From a virus, in IMG/VR virus record IMGVR_UViG_3300034069_000373, positions 1 through 40,078 of that record: a DNA stretch of 40,078 bases; one strand, written 5' to 3'. This document shows positions 20,859-29,864 of the stretch, piece by piece. A model generated the notes under the pieces. The model did no database searches. It saw nothing but the letters and a program-made list of their open reading frames with translations, and was not told the DNA's origin. Both the position numbers and the translations under genes were made by a program. How positions within the stretch are numbered: the first letter of the stretch is position 1; every line of letters starts with the position of its first letter.

Positions 20859-22625
20859 TTAAGAGTTGACCATTTCCGCCGAGACGGCCGAGATTTGCGC
20901 GGTCGTGTGGGCGCCGGTGTAAATGCGGATCTCGTGAATCCATCCGTTCAGCGCTTCATTGCTACCGTCCGGCTTGGTAGCACCGACCGTGATCGGCGCA
21001 AAGCTACGATTCTTGCCGACTAGCGCGGTCGTGCCAGATTGGACACTGTTGGCATTCAGCGCCATTGAGATGCCCTTGTCCAAACGACGATAGCTCAGGG
21101 TGTTCCACTGACTCAGCGGAGGTGTCCCGATCGTTGCTTGTGAGAAGGTGCCCTCACGAATCGAGTTGGCTTCCACCCCGCCGTTTGGCTTGAAGTTGAA
21201 TTGCACCGATCGCGCCAGCGCAGTCGCTTCTGCATTGATGATCATCGTGGCGTAGGCGGTGGCTGCGGTGTCCAGCTGGATGTTCACGTAAATCGTGCAG
21301 ATTTCCGGCATCTCGGTGCGCGCCGTGGACAGTGCCATCGCGCCAGTAAATGAAAGCGCCTTCTTGCCGTTCTTCGCTGTCGCCATCAGAGGCTGTGCGG
21401 CTCCCGTAGCCTGAGTCAGCACGTTGCGCCCCCTGCGGTCCGGCCACATCGAGACTGCTACGCCATTCGCCTGCGACAAGTCGTTGGCGTTCCACCACGA
21501 GTAAAGATTCACTGAGTCGGTGACGCCCGCGATATACGGCCCTTTGAAGTTCGGCTCAACTGGCGGCACATAGCTAGCGGGTTGCTGCGCAGGGATCAGG
21601 ATGTTGTCCATCGCCATAGCGATTGACTGATACGACATGGCGGGCACAACGTAGCTATGCCGGCCGTTGCTCGCACCAACGCTATTCGCACCGGTCGAGG
21701 CATCGACTGAGACGGAACAAGGAACGCTCGCGAACCCCGCTGCCTCCGGAGAGCCCGCAACTGCGATGAAAGCAGTGACAGGATCGAAGGCAGATCGGCC
21801 GTTTGCCTTGTTCGAAGCCGTGAACGCAGCCGACAACGGCTCGCTTGCACCAGCGATCGATGTCAGGTTCGAGCCGACTACTAGAGAGTCGCCGATCTCG
21901 CTACCGACAAAGACGATCGGCCCGGGGCAGTTCGCGCATACGTAGCTCGCTGCCGTGCGGGTCTGCGCAGAGTAAATGAAGTTGAATTCGCTACCGGTCG
22001 GATACTGACCGCCCATGACCCACAGCTTCGTCACCTTGGCGGTGTAGAGCTGCATGCCAGTGAGTGGGCTGATGTCGTCGGCGGGGCTCTGCAGCAGATC
22101 CGAAAGATTCTGCATGAAGCCCACGGTGAGGATTTCTGTGGTGCCCTGCAAGTTGGCGAGCAGTGTCCGCATGACCGTCAACGAATCTTGGAGGCCGGCA
22201 TTTGTGTACAGCCGGCGAGTGCCGATGCCAGTCAATGCGGAGTTGTAGAAAACGTCTGTGCCCGTGCTGCCGCCACCCGAAGTGTTGCGAGGTCCAAAGG
22301 CGATGGGGACTGCGGGGACGCCGTCAAATGCCATCAACGCATCTTGGGCCTGCGGCGTGGTGGTGTACTGCGTCGAGTTTGCGACACCGAGCAGGTTGAT
22401 GATGCGTTTCTTATGTGCCCAATCAAGCACGCGCAAACATGCCACGTCGTCAACGTCAACGAACCAATCAGTGTCGAAGATGAAGTTCCGTGGAGGGACG
22501 GCGTTGACAATGGCAGTCGGCGTCAATGAAACAACCTGACCGCCTTGCACGCCCACAATTCGCGCGGTAGCAGCAGGGCTCGCAGCCGCAGCCGCAGCCT
22601 GAACGAGAACGTCGATATCAGCCAT
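20859..22625 (-). CDS. Tail-module protein (588 aa): Ala-rich N-terminus, nucleoside-hydrolase (IUNH)-like domain and C-terminal LamG/concanavalin-like domain
   Basis: Three elements parallel the IUNH landmarks (DxDxxxDD; GPLTN; MGG...EFN..DP.AA). They are FIFDTDWFVDVDDVACLRVL, ...EILTVGFMQNLSDLL... and ...LWVMGGQYPTGSEFNFIYSAQTRTAASYV. The C-terminal roughly 200 aa ends in NGWIHEIRIYTGAHTTAQISAV, which is typical of LamG jelly-roll ends. Confidence 0.6.
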   Translation of the reverse strand: MADIDVLVQAAAAAASPAATARIVGVQGGQVVSLTPTAIVNAVPPRNFIFDTDWFVDVDDVACLRVLDWAHKKRIINLLGVANSTQYTTTPQAQDALMAFDGVPAVPIAFGPRNTSGGGSTGTDVFYNSALTGIGTRRLYTNAGLQDSLTVMRTLLANLQGTTEILTVGFMQNLSDLLQSPADDISPLTGMQLYTAKVTKLWVMGGQYPTGSEFNFIYSAQTRTAASYVCANCPGPIVFVGSEIGDSLVVGSNLTSIAGASEPLSAAFTASNKANGRSAFDPVTAFIAVAGSPEAAGFASVPCSVSVDASTGANSVGASNGRHSYVVPAMSYQSIAMAMDNILIPAQQPASYVPPVEPNFKGPYIAGVTDSVNLYSWWNANDLSQANGVAVSMWPDRRGRNVLTQATGAAQPLMATAKNGKKALSFTGAMALSTARTEMPEICTIYVNIQLDTAATAYATMIINAEATALARSVQFNFKPNGGVEANSIREGTFSQATIGTPPLSQWNTLSYRRLDKGISMALNANSVQSGTTALVGKNRSFAPITVGATKPDGSNEALNGWIHEIRIYTGAHTTAQISAVSAEMVNS

Positions 22626-22628
22626 GAA

Positions 22629-22796
22629 TCATCCTGCCTTAAGTTGGTTGCCGGAGCCCGCTACCAGGGGGTTTCCCGAGCCTGCGACTATAGAGTTGCC
22701 TGTGGGTTGAGGCGGTGTAATGTTGCCCATGCTGCCGTCACTCAAGCCGCGCATGAGCGGCCTGAGCAAGGGAACGAGTAGTTCTCGGAGCAACAT
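22629..22796 (-). CDS. Small hypothetical protein (55 aa: MLLRELLVPLLRPLMRGLSDGSMGNITPPQPTGNSIVAGSGNPLVAGSGNQLKAG)
   Basis: Hand translation (below the track cutoff). It has a TGATG overlap with the upstream stop. It ends 3 nt before the next ATG, whose RBS (aaggcagga) lies inside it. It fills a 170-bp gap. Confidence 0.45.
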   Translation of the reverse strand: MLLRELLVPLLRPLMRGLSDGSMGNITPPQPTGNSIVAGSGNPLVAGSGNQLKAG

Positions 22797-23053
22797 CAGT
22801 CGCGATCCACGCCGGTAGCGTTCTGGCTTGGCCCCTTGGTCACTCGGAACGTGCCGGTCGCACTGAGAACGCGCGCAGGGTTGCCGTCTGTCAATTCGCC
22901 AATGGTCACGTAGTTGGTGCCAATCAGCTTCTGCACTTGGGCCGAGCCGAAGGGGCGCAGCGGCCCCGACAGACTCAGCGTAGTGGAAGCCGATGCCAAA
23001 GTGAAATCAGTGGAGCTTGCCGCCCCCTGTGTTTCGTTGATGATCAGCGCCAT
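22796..23053 (-). CDS. Hypothetical small virion-module protein (85 aa)
   Basis: The ORF is in the track. The ATG is preceded by aaggaaagaaa. Confidence 0.6.
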   Translation of the reverse strand: MALIINETQGAASSTDFTLASASTTLSLSGPLRPFGSAQVQKLIGTNYVTIGELTDGNPARVLSATGTFRVTKGPSQNATGVDRD

Positions 23054-23062
23054 TTTCTTTCC

Positions 23063-26000
23063 TTAGTTGACGTTCTGGCCGCCCATGTCGAAAGGTCGAC
23101 CTGGGGTAGCGCGGAAGCCGCCGTATTCAAACGGGAGGCCGTTGAGCAGTCGGCAACCGCCCTTGCCGCCATTCTGGCCGTTGTCGTTTGCGCAGCCTAC
23201 GCCGTCATTGGCAAACGAGTGCGTGTGCATGTTGATCCCTTCGCCGTACAGGAAGTTATGCACGCCACGACCGCCGTAGTCAGCGATGCCGAGCACATAG
23301 GACTCCGTGCCGTGGTTCGGTGCGTCGAAGATCGAGATCGGGTCGATGAGCTTCTGGTCTTGCAGCGTCTTCGTGACCGCAGCAGAGGTCCAAGCGGAAT
23401 TGAACTTCACCCACTGGATCTTTCGATCTCCACGCGAGTTAAGAATCATGTAGCGCTGAAACTTGACGCCATCAGCGTAGCTTTCACCCGAATAGGTGCT
23501 GGTGTCGTACTTTTCAAACCAGCCATGGCCGGCAGGCTGCACTACATCGGTGACGTTGCGGCCAACATCGATGGACATCAATTCGCTGATGTCATTCGGG
23601 TTGCCCGGGGCCGTTGCGCTGGGGCTGGCGTAAACCGTGCCCAGCGTGAAGAGGTGCATTTTGCCGTCTTGCGTTGTGACCACCGAACGCACGCCGTCTG
23701 CCTGATCCCGGAAGTTCGGCATTTGTCCTGCAGTCGGGGCGCTCGTCATCGTCACAACCTTGGCAATGGTTGGCTTTTGACTTGGCGTGTTGGCAAAGGT
23801 GTACGGCCACTGATTGGCAGCTGGGCCACGGTTGGCGATCATCGAGACAAAACCCGATTGCGACTGGCCGAAGTACTGCTGGCGGTAGTAGGCAAACAAG
23901 GGTTGCAGATCAATGAATGCAACCGTCTTCTCGCTTTTGCTCCACACGGTAGCGACACCCGATTTCGCAATTGAGGCACTGCGGTAGTTGCCGTGCTGGA
24001 TCTGGTCAGCGCTTGCACCGGCAGGGCCGAAGTAGCTACGACGCTCGTACTCGTCCGTCTCTAGGTTCGCGCCCCACGGGTCCGACTTCTCATAGTCGTC
24101 AGGGTTGACGCCCGTCGACGAGACGATGCCGGTAGGCGCCTTCATGTTCGACGGCAGATCGACGTAGCCGAGCAGCTTGGCGTAGATGTAGTTCGACTTG
24201 CCAGGAAGGCCAGCAAACACCTTCGGCCAGTTGTTCCAGTTGCGATACCAAGTCGATTCATCGTTGGGGTTGCAGCCTTGGCAGCCTTCGGCCAGCGCGA
24301 TCACTGCCACCTTGCCGGTGGTCGTGGCCGTGTCCCAGACCGTCACCAGCGCGAATTCACCGCTGTTAGTGATCGAGATAGCGGTGGGCACCTTGGTGGT
24401 GTCGCCTTGGAGGAAGTTGTACTTCAGGAAGTTGTGATTCGTGTTGCCACCGTGGCCGGTGATATCTCCGTTCTTCCAGACCGTGAGAGTGTTTGTGCAC
24501 CACCCGCCGTGACCCGTGCAGACCACCGAAGCGATCGGCTTGTAGTCGGGCGTGACTTGTGCAGCCCATGCCGGACGACCACCCTTGGCACCGACATAAC
24601 GGTCCATGTTGAAGTCGTTGTCGGCACCGTTTTGGCCGAAGCCTTCCGAGGTCGTCCAGTTGACTTGAGGCAGGACGCCTTCAGAACCGTAGTCGACGGT
24701 CAACATCAGGTAGTTGGCAATACCGTAGTACGGCTTCTTGTGGAAGCGGTCGTCTGGATCGGCGTCCGGAAGGTACGCGATCTGAGCATCCGAAGACGAG
24801 TAGTCCAGCGAATCAGCCTTGATCGGGCCGAAGGACATGAACGAGCAACCGTTCTGGTTGTTCGGGCCTGCTGTTCCCGTGCAGTTCGGCAGACGCCCGC
24901 CAGCGTTCGGGCCTGCGTCACCTAGCTTGCCGATGATCGGACGTGCAGCGTAATTGGAAAATCCGTTGTTGCCAGTCGTGCCGTAGTAGGCCGAGGAAGG
25001 GCCGAACCGGTATTCAATACCTGCATCGGTGCCAAAGGTGTTTGCTACCGTCGTGTACTTCGCAGAGTCGACGACACCGTTCGTCATGATTGACGCATCA
25101 AGCGGGCCTTGCGTGTTGAGCGTGCGAGGCTTGCCGTTCTTGATGGCGAGACAGATGCGCCCACTAGAGCCAACGCCGGTCGTTCCGAAACGAGCCGTGT
25201 TGCAGGTGTAAGTGCCAATGGGAAAGTAAACTTTCTTGTACTGCCCCTGAGCGCCGAAGGCAACCCAAGTCGGTTCCGCAAGAGAGAACGAGCCCCCTTC
25301 GTCAGAAACCTTTTGGTTGTTGCCCGCCTCGATGTAGCGGCATGCTTTCTGCACACCGACCTCAGGATCAGGGAACTGGCCGTCACGGCAATCCACGTCG
25401 CCGGCCGGATAGTCGCGATCGATCCACGGACCGTTGCCGTCACCGTACAGAACCTTAGTGGGCGTCGTAACCGTAGCAATGCCACGGAAGGCGAACAAGT
25501 TCGTCTCAACGGGGATCGGCGAAGACGGAGCGGACGGATTGTCGTAAGGAACGACGATGGTCTGCGCAGTGCCCGTGCCAGGATTGGTCGTGCCCGGATC
25601 GACGGGGGTAGTGCTTCCCGTGCCGCTGCCATTGTTCGGGATGTAGCAGCCGCCGTTTTTACCGTTGGACGGGTCGCCAAACACTGCAGTGGTACACGAA
25701 TAGGTGCCGGCAGCAAGTACGAGTTGGTTGTAGAAACCTACACCACCGAAGACCACCGTTTTCTGCGAGTCAAGCGTGAAGTTCGCGCCGACCTCTGCAA
25801 TCTTGGTTTCTGGCAGCGAGGAGATAGACGTGCAGAACTTCGTGCCTGGGCCTGGAGCTGCATCGCCGAGGATCTGATAGATGCACTGCTTGCTGTCGGA
25901 ATCGGTGATGTACTTGTCGGTACGTGCAGTGGAGGTGCCGAACGACACCAGCCGTGCGCCGTTCAGGACATAGGTCTGAGTTTCGTTCGCCAGGAAATAA

Positions 26001-26374
26001 CTGGTCCAAGCCGTTGCCGTCGGCGTGCTCGGGGCTGGGGTGTTGGGGTTCGTCCCCGTGCCTGCGTTCGAGCCGAAGACTGGGGCACCTGAATCTACGC
26101 CGCCGTTGGCCAGCGTCAATTTGCACTGCTTGCGCACCACGCCACTGACCGGCGTAGAGCCGAACAGGATAGGGTGACAGGGGTAGGTGCCAGCCGGCAG
26201 CGTCATGCGGTTCCAGACCGTTCCAATGCCATAGCTGACCGTGGAGGTAGCCGTCAGCTTAAAGCTGGTGGAAGCGGCGTTGGCTTCGTCTGCGAGCTTT
26301 CGCCCTGCAGGATTGGCCGCTAGGGCCGATGTGCTCACCGCGACCAGCGCGGCAATGTAGAGTAACTTTTTCAT
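23063..26374 (-). CDS. Large signal-peptide-bearing protein (1103 aa) with five tandem 2-Cys repeats of about 55 aa and a C-terminal region of about 650 aa; function unknown
   Basis: I chose the ATG at 26374 (MKKLLYIAALVAVSTSALA|ANPAG), which is preceded by caggaaccca 18 nt after the upstream stop. The tracked ORF upstream of it is Arg/His-rich junk. The repeats follow the pattern ..V.FG..G.Y......AGTY.C....FG(D)P..G....C. Confidence 0.8.
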   Translation of the reverse strand: MKKLLYIAALVAVSTSALAANPAGRKLADEANAASTSFKLTATSTVSYGIGTVWNRMTLPAGTYPCHPILFGSTPVSGVVRKQCKLTLANGGVDSGAPVFGSNAGTGTNPNTPAPSTPTATAWTSYFLANETQTYVLNGARLVSFGTSTARTDKYITDSDSKQCIYQILGDAAPGPGTKFCTSISSLPETKIAEVGANFTLDSQKTVVFGGVGFYNQLVLAAGTYSCTTAVFGDPSNGKNGGCYIPNNGSGTGSTTPVDPGTTNPGTGTAQTIVVPYDNPSAPSSPIPVETNLFAFRGIATVTTPTKVLYGDGNGPWIDRDYPAGDVDCRDGQFPDPEVGVQKACRYIEAGNNQKVSDEGGSFSLAEPTWVAFGAQGQYKKVYFPIGTYTCNTARFGTTGVGSSGRICLAIKNGKPRTLNTQGPLDASIMTNGVVDSAKYTTVANTFGTDAGIEYRFGPSSAYYGTTGNNGFSNYAARPIIGKLGDAGPNAGGRLPNCTGTAGPNNQNGCSFMSFGPIKADSLDYSSSDAQIAYLPDADPDDRFHKKPYYGIANYLMLTVDYGSEGVLPQVNWTTSEGFGQNGADNDFNMDRYVGAKGGRPAWAAQVTPDYKPIASVVCTGHGGWCTNTLTVWKNGDITGHGGNTNHNFLKYNFLQGDTTKVPTAISITNSGEFALVTVWDTATTTGKVAVIALAEGCQGCNPNDESTWYRNWNNWPKVFAGLPGKSNYIYAKLLGYVDLPSNMKAPTGIVSSTGVNPDDYEKSDPWGANLETDEYERRSYFGPAGASADQIQHGNYRSASIAKSGVATVWSKSEKTVAFIDLQPLFAYYRQQYFGQSQSGFVSMIANRGPAANQWPYTFANTPSQKPTIAKVVTMTSAPTAGQMPNFRDQADGVRSVVTTQDGKMHLFTLGTVYASPSATAPGNPNDISELMSIDVGRNVTDVVQPAGHGWFEKYDTSTYSGESYADGVKFQRYMILNSRGDRKIQWVKFNSAWTSAAVTKTLQDQKLIDPISIFDAPNHGTESYVLGIADYGGRGVHNFLYGEGINMHTHSFANDGVGCANDNGQNGGKGGCRLLNGLPFEYGGFRATPGRPFDMGGQNVN

Positions 26375-26391
26375 TGGGTTCCTGCTGGTGA

Positions 26392-28665
26392 TTAGGTGAG
26401 AGCGGGGGGCGTGGTCGGGACGGTATAGGTGGTACCGGAATAGAGAGCCGCACGGGCGCCGCGTGCGAAGCCGACTGTTCCCCGGAAGATGGAATCGACG
26501 CCTTGGTCGCCTTGGCGATAGATGCCCCACGGGCAGTAGAAGCCTTGAATGGTCCCGACAAACGCTGCAGTCGTCGTAGCGACTAGGTTGCCCTGCATGC
26601 GCACCGTGAACGTGCCGTTGGTCTCTCGCTGGAGCACAACGTGATAGCAGGTCTGACCGTTCTGCGTGATTGGATCGATTGCCGGCGTGGTGATCGTCTC
26701 GGTGATGCCCAACGCCTTGAAATAGCAATTGAACGTACGCTTGCCCGTAGATCCTGGATCGTTGGCAAAGATCCGAATAAAGGTGTTGTCAGAGTCAAGA
26801 CCGGTCTCAGCGAACGACAGAACCGTTCCATCACCACTTCCGTTAGCCATCGGGATACGGGCATGGTTCTCGAGAGTCATCGCCCCCGTGACGGTGTACG
26901 AAACGTCAGAGACGATCGCGATGCGGTTACCTTCGGACGAGTCGGTATAACAGCCTAGAACGCCCACATAAGGACCGAAAGGGTCTCCCTTGCCGCCGAC
27001 AACCTGCCCTGTACCCCAGTTATGGTAGATCGCGCCGTTCGTGGCCTTGTTCTGCACTCCTGATTGCCGCTGGTTATCCTGGAAATCAGAGAAATCCAGA
27101 TAGGCAAACGTCGTGCTTGCAGGAGTCGGCGAAGGTGCAGGAGACGGGCTAGGCGAAGGACTCGGAGAGGGCGCAGGAGCCGGCGGCGCAGGTGTTGGAG
27201 TCGTTGAGCTAGAGCCCCAGTCAATCACCGTATTCGTGCTCAACTGGACGAGTGAATTCGTCGTCAGGGTTCCGCTCGACAGCGACACAAAGTTAAGCGT
27301 CTGCGTCTGAGCATTGCGGCGCGGCACGTATACCTTACGGCCTGTCGCATTGATGTCAGTACCTGCGTAGGTGCTGGTGCCAGTTGCCGTGACGGACGAC
27401 GCAGCAGGGCGGAAGATAGAGGCACGGAACCACGTATTGAAGTCGACATATACCTTGGGCGTGAAGTCGTGGCCCGCCGAGGTGATGCCGTAGGTGATGT
27501 TCGTCGCCGTGCCTGTCTCAGGATGATCCGCAGGGTAGGCCGTCGCCGACGAGATCAGCATTGTCCCCAGCTCATCGCCGCTAGCCTCGGCAAATAGCGG
27601 ATCGATCATGTCGCCGCTGTAGCAGAACACCAAAGCATTGCTGCGGTGCGCCTTGAAGCCGCAGAAGTTGGGACGGATCGCGCCAGCGAGGAACGTCACG
27701 CCGAACCGCACTGAATCCAACTCGATGCCGGAGAAGTCGGGCTCGATCGCCAGATCAGTGAAGACGAAGACCGAGCCTCTGACGGGGCCTAATTCATCGT
27801 TGGCAACGTCGGGATACGACAGGTCTGGATCTGGCGCATCACCATCATTGATGACCTGATGCGTCATGTTGCCCGTATAGATGCGGCAACGCTTGTTGAC
27901 GAACTTGGTGAACTCCGCGCCGCAGTAGACCGCGCGGTTGATGTTGAGCCAGCGGCCCTCGGCATCGGACGGCAGGAGATTGGTGTTTCCCGAGTAGATC
28001 GCCGCCTGAAGCTCTGCCCAGTCGCGCTGATCATCTAGGCTGGTAACGAACGGGAAGCGCAATTGCGCAGCCTCCAGCGTTTCAAAGTCGTTGGACAACG
28101 GCCAATCTTGGACCGTGTTGACGTTGTTGCCGTAAGAATTACCGTCTTGGTCGTATCGCTGTTCGCTATAGTCAATGGAGCTGGGCGAACGCTTGAGATA
28201 GCGCAGCAGAGGCACGGGCTGGCCGTTCTCGCCTGCACCGCTGGGCACGGTCATCTGCGAGGCAGAGGCAACCGGCTCACCACTGGGGGCGGGCGTGACT
28301 ATGACTGTCCCACCGTCCGAGGTGTATGTGGGCAGCGGGTGGAACTGTTTGTCTGCACCCCAGTAGTAATCCGCTCGATTGTTCGGGCTGGCAATCGCCG
28401 GCTCTTTAGCGGCCAGAGCTTGAACAAGCAGCGGGCTATCTAGCGGACTACCGGGCAGGTTCGACCAGTTGTAGGTGGGTATGACCACCGGACCACTACC
28501 GTTGCCAGGGTCTTGGATGACGATGACGCCACCAATGTAGGCCTTGATCTGGGCGAGCTGGACCGATCCAGTCTTCTGGCCGTACTGAAGCGGCAAATAC
28601 TCATTGCCCGTCAGGCTCGGGAAGACCGGCAACTGATCGATACGCTTCGGACCCAAACTGTTCAT
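26392..28665 (-). CDS. Tailspike / tail fibre protein (757 aa) with Pro/Ser/Ala linker and C-terminal lectin-like domain
   Basis: The N-terminus RIDQLPVFPSLTGNEYLPLQYGQKTGSVQLAQIKAYI is a common tail-fibre/tailspike anchor motif. An internal linker PTPAPPAPAPSPSPSPSPSPAPSPTPAS is followed by a domain of about 235 aa. Confidence 0.7.
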   Translation of the reverse strand: MNSLGPKRIDQLPVFPSLTGNEYLPLQYGQKTGSVQLAQIKAYIGGVIVIQDPGNGSGPVVIPTYNWSNLPGSPLDSPLLVQALAAKEPAIASPNNRADYYWGADKQFHPLPTYTSDGGTVIVTPAPSGEPVASASQMTVPSGAGENGQPVPLLRYLKRSPSSIDYSEQRYDQDGNSYGNNVNTVQDWPLSNDFETLEAAQLRFPFVTSLDDQRDWAELQAAIYSGNTNLLPSDAEGRWLNINRAVYCGAEFTKFVNKRCRIYTGNMTHQVINDGDAPDPDLSYPDVANDELGPVRGSVFVFTDLAIEPDFSGIELDSVRFGVTFLAGAIRPNFCGFKAHRSNALVFCYSGDMIDPLFAEASGDELGTMLISSATAYPADHPETGTATNITYGITSAGHDFTPKVYVDFNTWFRASIFRPAASSVTATGTSTYAGTDINATGRKVYVPRRNAQTQTLNFVSLSSGTLTTNSLVQLSTNTVIDWGSSSTTPTPAPPAPAPSPSPSPSPSPAPSPTPASTTFAYLDFSDFQDNQRQSGVQNKATNGAIYHNWGTGQVVGGKGDPFGPYVGVLGCYTDSSEGNRIAIVSDVSYTVTGAMTLENHARIPMANGSGDGTVLSFAETGLDSDNTFIRIFANDPGSTGKRTFNCYFKALGITETITTPAIDPITQNGQTCYHVVLQRETNGTFTVRMQGNLVATTTAAFVGTIQGFYCPWGIYRQGDQGVDSIFRGTVGFARGARAALYSGTTYTVPTTPPALT

Positions 28666-29411
28666 GGCGTGTAGACGAGGAATTCGCCGTCCGTATTGAT
28701 GATGGCGTGGCCTCCTGCGCGTCCGCCTGTAATGCCCACCCCGCCATGAGCCGGGATGCCTGCGGGCATGTCGAGCACCGGAACCTGCATGTTCATGCGC
28801 TTAATCACGCGCTTGGCATTGGTCGCACCGCGCAAGATGTCCGGCGTCGCCTGAAGGCCGTACTCAGGCGCCAGCTCTGCAGCGAGGCAATAGGCAAACA
28901 TGCGGTCGTAACCGTCAGGCAGCGAGATAGGATCGTTCAGCAGGAACGTGCCAAGCCGACCGGAGTAATTCAGCTGCAGCGTCACGGCTTGGGCAGGCAC
29001 GGGGTACAGGAAGATTTGCGTGTCAGGCATCGAGTTGTCGACATAGATCGCGCTCGGGATGCCCGCCGTGAGATCCTTTTGATAGATCGCGTTGTAGTCT
29101 GCGTCATTCAGCACCTCCAGCGGGTAGCTGAAACCCGACGACAGCACATAGGACGTGCTCAGCACGCGCACAGGTCTAGCAGTGACATTGAGGCCAGTGG
29201 GGCCGATCGTGGTCGATGCTTGGCCTTTGGAAAATGCGATCTGCAACGATGTGCTGGAGAACACCAGCAGGCTTTCCAAGCCCAACGACTGAACTAGCGA
29301 ATTGAAGACAGACAGCGCGTCCGATGCTTCAGCACCCGTAGGCACTTCGCCGCTGGCCGTGACACCAAGCATACGGAGCGCACGGGCGATGATCGTTTGA
29401 GCAGTCGTCAT
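28662..29411 (-). CDS. Virion structural protein, putative portal-tail adaptor (249 aa)
   Basis: The N-terminus MTTAQTIIARALRMLGVTASGEVPTGAEASDALSVFNSLVQSL matches the II.ALR.LGV...GE.....DAL..LN pattern seen in podovirus adaptor/tail tubular proteins. The assignment is by recollection only. Confidence 0.45.
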   Translation of the reverse strand: MTTAQTIIARALRMLGVTASGEVPTGAEASDALSVFNSLVQSLGLESLLVFSSTSLQIAFSKGQASTTIGPTGLNVTARPVRVLSTSYVLSSGFSYPLEVLNDADYNAIYQKDLTAGIPSAIYVDNSMPDTQIFLYPVPAQAVTLQLNYSGRLGTFLLNDPISLPDGYDRMFAYCLAAELAPEYGLQATPDILRGATNAKRVIKRMNMQVPVLDMPAGIPAHGGVGITGGRAGGHAIINTDGEFLVYTP

Positions 29412-29863
29412 GAGGATTGGACCGCAATAAGCGTGAATTCGACGCCTGCTGCAGTAGCGCCGAAGACGTTGTAATTGACCAGTGCACCGAGAAGGGCGAT
29501 GACGGCCGGCAGAGTCTGCCCGCGATAGCCACGCACTACACAGCCGGTGTAAAGCCCGTTGGTCTGCGTGAAGGACTGCACCTCCAGCATGACCGGCGTA
29601 GTCGCCACGGCGCTCTGCACGGGCGTGAGCACGATGGCAGGCTTCGTCGCAAAGGTGCGGGAGAACGTTACGGCCAACGAGCCATTGGCGCCCAATACCA
29701 GGCTGGCTTGGCTCGATGTAAGGCGCGGATGAACATGGTCCCCGCGACTTGCAAGCGGCATCTGCCCTGCGGCCGGGGCCAGCGCCTCTGGATCTGGCGG
29801 AATATCCGACAACGCGATGGCTGCGGCTTCGCTGTTGAGCAGGGGGAATGCAAGACCGCGCAT
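29408..29863 (-). CDS. Structural-module protein (151 aa) with fibre-type ASRGDHVHP motif
   Basis: ...PLASRGDHVHPRLT... resembles the A(S)R(A/G)DH.H motif found at the N-termini of many phage and GTA fibre-like proteins. Confidence 0.5.
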   Translation of the reverse strand: MRGLAFPLLNSEAAAIALSDIPPDPEALAPAAGQMPLASRGDHVHPRLTSSQASLVLGANGSLAVTFSRTFATKPAIVLTPVQSAVATTPVMLEVQSFTQTNGLYTGCVVRGYRGQTLPAVIALLGALVNYNVFGATAAGVEFTLIAVQSS

Positions 29864-29864
29864 G

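Noticed and set aside
26375-26728. 118-codon N-terminal extension of the large tail-region ORF (tracked as 23063..26728). Similar 5' extensions occur at 10573..10860, 35178..35267, 4006..4086, 8702..8938, 1044..1082, 2250..2315, 2680..2700 and 7518..7562.
   Set aside because: The extensions overlap the preceding gene extensively and translate to Arg/His/Pro-rich junk. Each has an internal start with a good RBS and/or a stop-start overlap that begins a sensible protein.
27130-27215. Pro/Ser/Ala-coding low-complexity DNA in the tailspike gene, considered as a hypervariable or contingency repeat.
   Set aside because: The repeats are imperfect codon mixtures. It is most simply an interdomain hinge. 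It is mentioned only as a possible domain-swap joint.
11320-29863. Diversity-generating retroelement (template/variable repeats plus reverse transcriptase), as found in BPP-1-like podoviruses.
   Set aside because: No ORF resembling a reverse transcriptase (no YxDD-type motif protein) occurs anywhere. I also saw no adenine-specific mismatched repeat pair near the C-termini of the fibre or spike genes.
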